A DNA stretch of 63,650 bases, the filler included, from Reticulomyxa filosa (Eukaryota; Protista; Foraminifera): assembly GCA_000512085.1 (NCBI GenBank). It is 22 parts of 22 records of this genome, joined end to end, with 100 filler letters (N's around TTAATTAATTAA, not from the genome) between each part and the next. Parts side by side here need not be neighbours in the genome. Positions count along the whole stretch, not along the records: positions 1 to 16,588 come from ASPP01007496.1; 21 more parts are not named here. The stretch is one strand, 5' to 3'. Within the stretch, counting starts at the first letter, position 1, and the number at the start of each line of letters is the position of its first letter. The notes under the pieces were generated by a model. That model was not told the origin of the DNA. It did no database searches and saw nothing but the letters and a program-made list of their open reading frames with translations. The position numbers and the translations under genes are program-made. Below, one piece after another: positions 1 to 11,237 of this stretch.

Positions 1-199
1 TTACATTTTCCGTTTTTTTTTTTTTTTTTGCACGTTTTTTCGCATCTTTTTTTTTTTCTTTTTTTTTTACCGTGATTAGTATTCCTCCTTGTGATTACAA
101 ACAAACTTACCACATTTTTCCAAATCAAATGGTACTTTGAAATCTTTTTTTTGTTATTGTATTTCTGTTTACTTTTATTGATATAAAAACAAGTAAGAC

Positions 200-916
200 C
201 TGTTAATTCCATCGCGCTTGTTTCATCGTTTTTGGCAATATCTTCAAAACTCTCATTCACTAGTTGTGGAATTTCATCTTTGGCATTTGCTGCTAATGAT
301 TCGTTCAATCTTGATGCCAGGTTCTTTTATTTTTTTTTTTGAAATTGAGAAGGATAGGAAGGAAGCAATAAATACACAAAAAAAACTTTAATGTGCTGAA
401 GGTTTTCAAAATCCATTTGTGGCAAAATCCCTGGCAATAGTTCTTCAATTCTTTTAATGGAATTTATCCCTGACACTACGTATGCATTGGAACTCACTTC
501 TGCTTGGACTGCGCTTTTAATAAGAAACACACAATAATTATATTCTCTTGTGCTATTATCCATTTACTCCTTTCTCTTTACTCGCTCTATCCTCAATTAT
601 CTATTTCTCAATAACTTGAGAAAGTTTTGTTTTTTTATTCGGTGACACACTGTTTACCTTTTGGTTTTGAAAAATGAACAATTGTGCCATCTTCTTTGAA
701 CAAATTTACTTCTTCAATTGCTGGTATCACTTGGGCATTCAGTTTTTTCAATTCGCTCTGTAATGCTTTTTCCGATTTTACGTGCTCTGTCGCACCTTTC
801 TTGAATTTCCGCCGGCGAATTGTACTTTTGCCACCTGTTTGCGTTGTTGCAACCCCAAACTTTTGTCTGAGGCGCTGTTGAATCTGTTCTTTCGAGAGCT
901 TTGCTTTGCTCGACAT
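200..916 (-). CDS. BTF3: Nascent polypeptide-associated complex beta subunit (BTF3/NAC-beta), at least 3 exons; 3' end approximate
   Basis: GGKSTIRRRK...LKKLNAQVIPAIEEVNLFKEDGTIVHFSKPK|VQAEVSSNAYVVSG...LLPGILPQM and C-terminal DEIPQLVNESFEDIAK; in-frame GT-AG introns at 657-509 and 386-324. Confidence 0.9.
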
Positions 917-1234
917 TATTACGACATCAAAAAAAAAAAGGTTACCTCGTTCAACACGTTAAAAACGAACTGTTAATATTGATATATTTTCCTGTAAAGC
1001 TTCGGATGATTAAAGTATATCTAGATCAATACTTTATTGCAAAAAAAGGTAAGTATTTTAAAACAAATTTTGCAATAAAAGAAGAAATACAAACGTTTTA
1101 AATCACTTTTTAAAATTTCAAGTTAGATAATATTACAAAGGAAACATAATATTTTTATGAAAAGAAGTAAAAAAAAGTTTTTCTATAAATGTCTTTTTTC
1201 CCCCCTTTTCGATTAATACCCTTCATAGTGGTCA

Positions 1235-3778
1235 ATGGAAACCAATTTGCAAGAGTCACAACCATTTCCCGATGGACTTTCCTCAACCCAACCAACAAAA
1301 ATAATCTTACCGCAAGGGAACGAGTCGTTAAACCCTGGAATACGAAGCGACACGGTAGCGAACGAGTTTTCGACCCAATTGGAAAGTAGACGTTGGTGGA
1401 TCGTCTTTTCGTTTGGTTGGAATTCATTTTTGGTAGGCATGGTCCGCATTACATTTGCAGCAATTCAAAGTGAGTCCTCTGAGCACCTGAACGTCTCCCA
1501 GTCCGCAATTGCGCTATTATCTTTGATATTTATGATTTGTTATCCACTTGGATCTTTGTTATCGTCCTTCTGCAACCACCGACTAGGTTCTATATTTTAT
1601 TTACTGATTATTTATTTATATATTTTCTGTTTACTCGCCACGCATTTCTTTGTACACACAATGCGTTCCAACATAACAAATGTAACGTACACGCATGCAC
1701 ATTGCATACAATAACACAACAACAAAAAGGTGTGCGTAACTCATTCTGCTTCGCATCTGTTCTAATATTATTGGGCGTGGCCGTCCGATATATTGGAACA
1801 GTTCACATGCTGTTCTCCTCTGGCCATGCAACCTATGCGATGTTATTGTTTGGACAATTCCTTGTTGGATGTGCACAGCCATTTTATACAGTTTCGATCC
1901 CAATTGAAACACGTCACTAACATACTTAAAAAAAATTCTTGTACACAATTTCGCTTGATTGTAAACTTAGAATTCTCCTTCGTATATCGCCTCGTTGTGG
2001 TTCGACAACCGAGCACGAGACCCCATTACGAGTGTTTTGTAGTGTTTATTTATTTATTTATTTTGGGAGGGGCAGTGATCGTTTAAAGATACGCTGGAGG
2101 GGGGGGGATGGATTGGATACACTTTGACAAACACAGCTGTTGGCAATGTGGAATCTGATAGGAATTGGTTTGTCTCTCCCTTTTGTTTTTGTCCTTGTGT
2201 GTTTTGCAAAGTCTCTTATTTTTCTAAAAAAATTTAAAATAAATAAATAAAAGGACAGGTTTTGGCAGTATCTTCCCAACATTTTTTGTTGAGTCGACAG
2301 AGCAACATTACGGCGGTATGAACACTGGGTTTGACTTGGTTGTTTTTTTTTTTTTTTGACAAAGTGGTAAAGAGGGAATAGATACAATGTCTCGATTTGA
2401 TTGGAATAAGCTATAAAATAGCTGTATACCAAAACAACAACAAAACACAGGCTTTAATGGCATTTGTCTTGTTGAACTTGCTCTTGGCGTGATTGGAATG
2501 TTTTTGACACTGGTCACATTCAAAGGTGGCACATTATTATTATTTCTTCTTTCTTTGTTTTTGCATGCTATGTTTGGGGGGGGGAGGAACTGTAAAAAAG
2601 ATCTGTCATGATGCACATTTACTTTAAATGACTTGTGTGCAGATGGGCCAAAACACCCTCCAAGTGTGTCCGAACAACTCAAAAAACAATATTCCGTCAA
2701 TGACCAAGAACAGATAGTACGTTTCAAAGAAGAGATCCAATTTTTGTTCAGCAACGTCGAATATTTCAAATTGGTCATTGGGTTTGCCTTGGCGTGAGTT
2801 TGTACATACTAAACATTCACATGTATTTTTTTTGGAATGTGTTCCCCCCTCCCTTTCTTCCTCCTACCTTAGAAAAAATTATTACTGTTGTGTTGGACAT
2901 AACAACAGATTTGCGTTGCTTAACGTGTTGACAACACTAATTGATCAATACTGTGAAGCAGGTTTGTAATATTTTCATTTACATTGATCAACTTTTTGTT
3001 CTTGTTAATGAGCGCTCACAAATATGTGATTGGTTTGTAAAGTCAAGTATACCTCCAATGACGCTGGCAAATTTGGAGCGGTACTCTTCGGATCAGGTTC
3101 TTACTTTTATTTTTTTGGTTTGTATTATATATTGTGCATGCTTAGGCTTTGGTATGTTAAATAGGGCTAATTGGTGGCTTCTTGTCCGGAATGGTGATGA
3201 AGAGATATCCTAAATACAAATTATTGCTGAGAATTGGAGGCTTTCTCGGAACTTTATCATTCATTAATTTGCTCTTTCAACTTCGACACGATAATTATCC
3301 ATTGCTACTTGCATCGATGGCATTCGAAGGATTTGTTGGAGTGTCATTGATGCCGATTAGCTTTCAGATGGCTTCTGAAGTCACTTTTCCTGTCAATGAA
3401 AATTTGTCCGCTGGTTTGTTTTCTTTTATTCATTGTCTCTTAAACTTAGCCATTGCTCCATGTTCAAAGAAAAGAAGGGAGAATTAAAATGAATAATCAA
3501 CAATAGGAGTGCTGATGTTGTTCGGCTCAATCACTTCTATTCCAGTGTTGCTAATTTGGCAAAGTTTGATTCCGACGCAAAACCATTACTATAACTCGGT
3601 GTTCAATTCTTCTCTTTATTTCGCGCTTCCGTTAGTGATTATATCTTATTTGTTCATATGGTCCTTCAATGGCGAGGCCAAACGAACGAATGCGGTGAAC
3701 GACGGCTTGCTGTCCTCATTTGCAACAGAAAGTTTCGATTCACATCATGATAGCGATAGTCCCAATGAAGTGTTTTAA
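1235..3778 (+). CDS. MFS transporter of the FLVCR/SLC49 family, multi-exon
   Basis: RRWWIVFSF...ITFAAI, LLFGQFLVGCAQPF and QMASEVTFPVNENLSAG motifs; many hydrophobic exons separated by short introns. Confidence 0.8.
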
Positions 3779-4843
3779 ATGGCTTCACTCCTGAATTGCA
3801 CATTTGTTTTTGATTGTATTCGTAGATGCTACAAAAACTAACAAAAAACAAAAACAAATCTAACAGAATCAAGATTTTGTCAATGTTTATCTTTTCAATA
3901 ATTCCTAAGCAAAATTTGTAGTTTAAATATGAAATATTGATCGATAATTTTTGATAATTCTTGCTACTATTGTGGTAGGCAAGATTTTGTAACTTTTGGG
4001 TTTTGTTCACATTTACAAAATTAACTACACGTCTAAGTTTACTCCAGACACTAACAAAGAACTATTTGTGTATGCTCATTTTATACATACCTTTTTTTAT
4101 ATGCAGTAAAAAGAATAAAAAACAATTAAAAACATTTTTGTTAGGTAGTCTTGCCCTACGATTAGCAAATTATATTTACGAAATTTGGATTTTGCGTGTT
4201 TTTGGGTTTAAAGTCAAAAATTTTACATCTTTTATTCTATATCGCTTTATTTCTAAAATAAAATTCTAAGTAAAATATCTCTTCTTCAATCTCATAATTG
4301 AATATGATTTTCTTTTTAATTTACATTGAAGTAATAGCTTTATGAAATAGACTAGAACAACAAGTTTTAATTCTTCACAAAACAAATTGAAATCGCTATA
4401 CACAAATATTGCATAAACCAGCTAAATAAAACGGCACTGGATAGTGCAACAGCAAATTCAAATCTAAATAAATGTTAATTATCTTATCTTTGTCTTTTTA
4501 AAATTTTTCCGGCATTTAGCAAAGATATATTGATATATTAGCTTATGTGAACAGTTTAAGTAATAGTATAAAATCATTCATAGACTTGTTGATTGGCTAT
4601 GCACCGGGCAGCAAGTGGATATATATTGCATGGCTACGAAGCTTTTTTGCACACAAAACACATGAAACAACACCGAAAGACAATAAAAGAATCTAGACCA
4701 AACAAAGATCCTTCATCAACCCATAAAAAAGCCGAAACAACACGAACTAGCCATGACCGTTTAAGAAGTTCAACTTATAAAACATTATCGGTAGCAAAAA
4801 CTTAACGCTTGTGTGCTACCTGCCAATAATAGAATGGAAACAA

Positions 4844-5519
4844 ATGAATGTGGAAAAGGAAAATCATAAAATGGCAAAAAATGTTGTAAAGACAATGACG
4901 TCAAAACGAGTTGCTCGAGATTCGACTCCAAAAAGATTTAGCCGATCGCCATATCATCCATATCAAAAAAGAGTACGAAAGCAAATTGAAACTCAAAACT
5001 TAGTTTCGTATTTATGTTTCATATTTGAACAATTTCTAACGAGGTCCTTAGTGTAACATAGTCCTTGTTTTTGAAGTTCATATTCATCCAAAAATTAAGC
5101 GAACCAATGTTATGATTTTTTGTGCAATGTAGAAAATTTATCGGATGATTTGTGAAATTGCGACAACTGTTCCTAATCGTGAGGAACTGGATCAGAGATG
5201 GCAAAAACAGCAAGAAATGAAATCGTTAACTTTTTATTCATATTTACTTGTTTGCACACTTAGCATGTTTTTATTCCCGACAAACAGAAGATTACACCAT
5301 CCGTCTCAAATTGAAATGGATAAGAATATCAAATTGAGTCAAATAGATAGACCTTTAACCCCTTTCAGCGTATACCGACGCCCAACTTCAAAACATAAAT
5401 CAACTATCTCTCCAAAATCCTGCAAGAAAAAACTAAAAAATAATCAAAAATTAAGCACATCACAGTCACCATATAAAAAAACCATGAGAAAAACCACATC
5501 AACTGAAATTATTCGATAA
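4844..5519 (+). CDS. Hypothetical small basic (K/R/S-rich) protein, probably spliced
   Basis: Successive plus-strand ORFs 4811-5056 and 5145-5519 with plausible GT-AG breaks; no family recognised. Confidence 0.3.
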
Positions 5520-5833
5520 TTTCCTTCGCTATTCTATCAAAATAAGCAATAGGATTGTACAACCTTATTCAATGTGCTCAGTCTTGTCCAACTCTTTTTT
5601 TGCTTTTTGTAATGAAAAGTAAAAACAAATTTTTCGCATTTAGAAAAGTACTACAAATCAGCTGATAGTAAAACATAGCTTTGCCTTTCAATCTTTTTGT
5701 GAACTTTAAAAGATATTACGTTTTGATTTTTGTTGCAAGAATTTTGCAAATAAGACGAGTTCTAGTACTTAAATTTTCCCCTCTTTCAACATTGTCTTAA
5801 AACAATAAACTGAACATAAATAAACGAAAACTA

Positions 5834-7000
5834 TTATATTTTATTTTGATGACCAACAATTTCATTGCATTTGACCCATGTTTCGATTGCTGAAATGGTT
5901 CTAAGTGAGTTTTCGTCAAACATTCTCTTCGAAGCTGTAAGTAAATCTTCATCAAATTCGATTTTTTCGCTTTCAAAAAAGATCAATGCATAGGATCCAC
6001 CGAACCTTTTTTATTCATTTTTTTGCAACTTCAAAAAAATTCATTTTTTTAAGCAACGAAAGTTTTTCGTGTTAACTTAAAAAATGCAAGAGGCTCTCCT
6101 TTTTGTACTTCGTCTCCGATTCCATGCAATAATTGACATGAATTAGCTTCAAACGAGTTAAAAAGCACAATAATCATTAGTCCAATATCGGTGTCAACGA
6201 TTACAATAATCCTTGTGTTGTCTGTTAACACGTTTACCTCTGTAAAGAATACAGCATGTGTGAGACAATAACAGGCTCCACTTGTTTCGGACACATGCAA
6301 AATCTTTCCAGAGTAAGGCATATGTACACCCAAATATTCATGTGACGCCATTCTGGCCCCTAAAACAGCCCATTTCTCGACCTTGCTGGCACTTTCAGCC
6401 AGCGATGGTGCAAGAGCATTCGCTAATAATCTTTCCATTGTAAACTTCGAGCCCTAAATAAAGCAAACTTTTTTGGATCTCTAAAGGGAAAAAAAAAAGT
6501 GTAATGTTTAAGCTTTCAAAACTCGAATCCAGTCTTGTTGACAATTTTCAAACGTTCGGTAAGCAACAATTCTTCCATATACAGGACAAACAATGGAATC
6601 TTTTTTACTCTTGGACAGACGTTTTCGAGCCAGTTTTCGACACAACAGGGAACGAACAGTGGGGTAGTTGGAAAGGAAGGGGGGGTCAAACGCACTCAAA
6701 TCCACGTGGTTAAGCCTCGCAAAAGCGTAAACATACTTCATACTTTCTTGAGTCTCTAACCTTTTGACCTAGCCATTGTTGGACAGAAATGGAAGTGGCT
6801 CTACACTCAAATATATAGTAGCTCAAAACGTACACTAAAAAAAAATGCAAACAAAACAATTAACTCTGCGATTGGAAATACGTTGCAATAGGCGACGAAT
6901 ACGATTTTTGTCCGATCTCGCTAGCCATGCATCATAAAGAGCTTTAAAAACTATCATTACATAGCCAGGAACATGCTCTCGAACTTTCGCTCCGGCATGT
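5834..7000 (-). other. Phosphatidylserine decarboxylase-like domain of the fusion gene
   Basis: RKLARKR...IVCPVYGRIV, RMASHEYLGVHMPYSG, VNVLTDNTR, VQKGEPLAFFKFGGSY match the PSD2 layout. Confidence 0.85.
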
Positions 7001-10000
7001 CTGGTCATGTATGTGTATACGTATAAATTATTTTCTCGTAATCAACTTGTCTAAGCATTTTTTTTTTTTGGGCTGAGAAAATAAAGTACCTGTCAAGAAC
7101 AAAGGATTCATCTTTACGGAAATCGTACAATGGCAACGTAAAAAATCTGACCCACCAACCGGCCTCCAACACATCACATTGCAAAATGGAGTCCTCTCTT
7201 TTGCAGCTGCCGATCACGAAATTTTCTTCGTTGAAACAAACATTAATGCGATTCGAGTGCTGGTATTGTACTTTTAAAAATGTGTACAAATAATACGTAA
7301 GCGGAGTGCTCGTTTCGAACTGATGTTCCGTCAATACCTTCATCACCGTTTTGCTGTCCATATACACACCATCCCAAATTTCTTCCATTTCAGGCTTTGC
7401 ACATTGTGCCCTCTCTATCTTTATTCGACTGGTTTGCTCGGCTGGATTTTCTTTTTTCTCTTCACTTTCATCACATCCCTGCTCTACAATCGTGGCCATT
7501 TTATGCCGATCACTTGAGCATGCAGCTAATAGCGTTTCAAACTCTTGATCACTGGGATGGATACCTTATCAATCACAAATTGAAAACATTTATATTTGCA
7601 CAATAAATAAGTATACGTTTCCCTTCCTCTATCTCATTTTTCGCTCTATGATATAGGATATGAAGATGAGTATATAAGTAATACCTAAACACAACATCAT
7701 TTCGTAAACTGTGGAGCCGGACAAACTCTGGGTATGAGAATTGGTTCCGATGGAATTTTGGAGTTGTTCTTGCGAAAGGTAGGTAGACACATACGTTGTG
7801 TAAAACTGTTTTTCGACGTCTTTGCGCTGTAGCAACTGCACTTCGACAGTGAATGTACCGAGCAATGCTTGTTTTCGACTACTATCGTACCACTCCAGAT
7901 CATCGCTGTTTATATGTTGGAGTGAGTCTTTTCTCAAGTCGTCGAAGGTGAAAGATAGCGATGTGACGGTGCCTCTGCCGGAACGGGGTAGCAGTGTCAG
8001 GGGTTCGAAGGGAAGCAGCACATTTGCCAATGGATTTGTATTGTAGTCATCGTAGGGTTTCATAAAATCAACCAAATCAGATACCGCTTTTTGTTCTAGT
8101 TTTTGTTTTTATTTGCCATTACAATACATATATGTACAAATAAACACACGTATAAATAAATCTTGTATTATTAAAAACCAAACAATATACCAAAAAATAT
8201 AAATGTATGTATACGTAACTTTTTTCGTCAAACCGAGGATTTACTGGCTCTGTAATCCACAATGGTGAAATCAAAGGCTTTTCATGGACATGTAACTGAC
8301 TGTAATTTTGTTTGTTTATTCATTTACTTATTTATTTATTTATTTTTTTGAGCGGAATACCATTTGTAAAAAAAAGTCCATATATATTAACAAGGTCTGC
8401 TTCTTTGCTGGTGACAATTGGATGAGATCTTTCCAATCAATTTGACAATGCCCAATTGTATCATTTATCGATCGCATCTCTTTTTTTTTATTATTATTTT
8501 TAGATCATCCAAAAACAATAAAAGGGAGTGAGTGCAAGGGACAGTGGTTAGGAAAAAAAAAATACCGAACCATCATCAATGAGAGTGAATCGAAGATTGG
8601 AGGGTCTGTCATCCAAATCGCCATTCGCATTGATAAACAGAAAATGCCATTCGTTCCAACTGAAAAGCCCTGGTTGATTTCTACATTGTGTCGCATATCG
8701 ACTGGTGTAAAGTTCGTCATATTTCCATTCGATCTGAGCCACTGGATAATTAAACACCTTTTTCTCATTGCTTTTTGTCTCGCTTTCTTTCTCCTCGCTT
8801 TTGCTTTTACCGTTGCGATCATTGGAAGCACCACAAAAGTGTTTTAATTGAATGGCTAACACGTGCGAATAGCGCGTAGGTTGCTTCCGATCTTTTTGGG
8901 CCAACGCTTCATCCAATGATATCATACTCAAGCGAATTTGCAAGTGGCCTGCATATCTGTCCTGGTCGTGCAGGAGATTTTCTCCGAAATATTTCTTCGT
9001 CGCAACCGAAGAGACAATTGGAACCCAAATGAATTCATCATATTCAGTAAAGTTCTTTTTTTTTTTATTTATTTTTTTTATTTTTTATAATTGTCTTTTG
9101 TTTTTGTTTGAATAAAAATAAACTTGAATAGAAATGGGGACATAGCCAATGATTTGATCGGGGAGATTTGAAGTGGTATTTCTATGACAAACGGTCAAGA
9201 TGATTTGTTGCACATCCACTTCCAAAAAATTGGCATGGAAAATGGGATCACAGCTTTGATACACAATATCCGTACGATACGGGCGATTGGATCGGAGAGA
9301 AACAAACTGCGCTTTGACATATACATTGGGAACCTCCGAATGTGGCTCCTGTCGAGGCAAGTTACGTCCTTGGTAGATCTCCAATACATACACAAGTGAT
9401 TCGGGAGACATCTGCGAGTCTTGCAGCAGATCGTTGGTGCCATTTTCTTCAAAGTACTTTTTTTCTCGTGCCCTTCGTACATACGTATACATGTATATAC
9501 ATATACATATACAAACATACATACATGTGTGTACAAAAGTTTAGAACTTTAAAAAAACATTTCTTTTTCGTTCACTTTCTCTCTCTCTCAGTCGAAAGTA
9601 AACTTGACAATTGCTTTAATAAATTTGACCCATCTGTGCCGATCTTGTACAGATGGAGCACGCAATTTCCATATTCGATCCTTGCACACTACTTGAAAAG
9701 GATACGTTGGTGAGCCATCTGAATTTAGAGTCGCCTTGGTGTCACCATCGTTTTTGATAGGATCGTTTTCATTACAATCCACTCGAATGAAGTTGGAGTT
9801 TCCCAAATTTATTACACCTTTAAATTCCTGTTGGTTTGTGTAGTACGTTATCGTTAAGTCGTCTTTTAGCACAAAATACCGATACTTCCACGTGGGCATC
9901 ACATTGCCCTTTTTCCACAAGCATCCTTGGCATATACAGCTTCCAGTTTTCTATTACGTATATATATATACATATATATATACACGTATATACTTTTTTT

Positions 10001-11149
10001 TTTTTTTAAACTACCAAACTTTTTGTTTGGACCGAAAAGTGGAAGACTCTGTGGGGGAGAGGACCAGGGCAGATCTTTCCCTTTTGGACGTTGAATTGAC
10101 AGTGGTATTGGCCTTGCCTTTGGTGTCGCTCTCGGTTTTGTTGACAGAAAAGAGTCCGAATAGACGAGACAGCGAAGATGGTACTGGTTTCTCGTCCGAG
10201 GTCATTACTGTAGATACGTCGTTACTTTTTTCGCAAGCGACCAAATCTGGCTGAGGAGGAATAGCAGAGGATTTGCAAGGCACAGGCAATTGTAAAGTCG
10301 TCTTGTGTGCAGCACAATATTGTTGAACACAATGTCGAAAGAACTGCTTAATTTGTTTCCCGTTTTTGCTACTTATCTTCATACCACTCAACCATAGATC
10401 ACGGGCAAGATATCCCTCGAGCTCTGTGTCACTCTGTTTTTTTTATCATATATACATATATATATATATTTTTTTTTTTTTTGAAGGATGAAAAAAACAA
10501 AAAAGCGGAACTACAAAGGTAGGACTTGAGATATCGCATTGCAGTGTTTTCTCGTCGATGAGGTCTTCTCGCGTTGATAGGAACACAACAGGAGTTGGAT
10601 AGGGTGAACAGGGTTGCTTGGGTTTGCGTTGGGAAAGTTTCGAAATAAATTGGTGCACTTTTACAGCTGTGTAAAAAGATGCTCGCACTTGTCTGTCGAA
10701 TACCAACACAATCACATCGTAGTGTTGGAGCCAATATCGACGAACGACATAGTCATCCATTTGGTCCGCTGGAGATGTCAAAGAATCACTAGTGTTGCTG
10801 TCATTGGATACATTAATGGTCATTGCATCCCTCAATCCGTACAATGATGGCACATCTGTTCCTGATATATCTTTAAATATGATGTGTGTCAGTAATCTGT
10901 TGTTATATTTTTTTTTCAATTCCTCTAAAATGGTAAACAATTTTGATCTCTACCTTGCGTATCCAAGATTTCAAGCAGGAATTGTCTCTTCTCGACTTCG
11001 AACATTTTTTCATAAGTTTGTTCGAGAGTACTTTGTTGTAAAGGCAAGTCCGTGAGCTGCCGGTTTAGGAACGAATGTATCAAGGTGGATTTCCCCACTT
11101 TATTTCCTAGTACGGCTATTTTCACACGGATTTGGTTGTTGGAAGACAT
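5834..11149 (-). CDS. Multi-exon fusion protein: Ras-like GTPase - PH - C2 - C2 - PSD2-type phosphatidylserine decarboxylase-like domain (probably inactive)
   Basis: Exons join in frame by GT-AG introns (e.g. PH AIV-K|AREKKY C2; LLQRISNRR|VKRLETQES; AFF-K|FGGSY). Motifs: KIAVLGNKVGKST/LDTQG, WKKGNVMPTWKYRYFVL, LEIYQGRNLP, FKFGGSY...IEFDEDLL...ETWVK; stop TAA at 5834-5836. Confidence 0.75.
10310..11149 (-). other. Degenerate Ras-like small GTPase domain of the fusion gene
   Basis: G1-like GNKVGKST, G3-like LEILDTQG, VIVLVFD strand, G4 position STRED, G5-like ISSKNG. Confidence 0.75.
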
Positions 11150-11237
11150 ATATTAATTCTTACTTCACTAGCGAAATGGAGCTGTTTTTTATTCAGTTAA
11201 AAAAAAAACTCTGCTTTTTTAAAAAGGTACATATGAT

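Noticed and set aside
9475-9530. TA/TATG/CATA microsatellite tracts and poly-A/T runs as special elements
   Set aside because: They are ordinary intronic simple repeats found throughout the host contigs.
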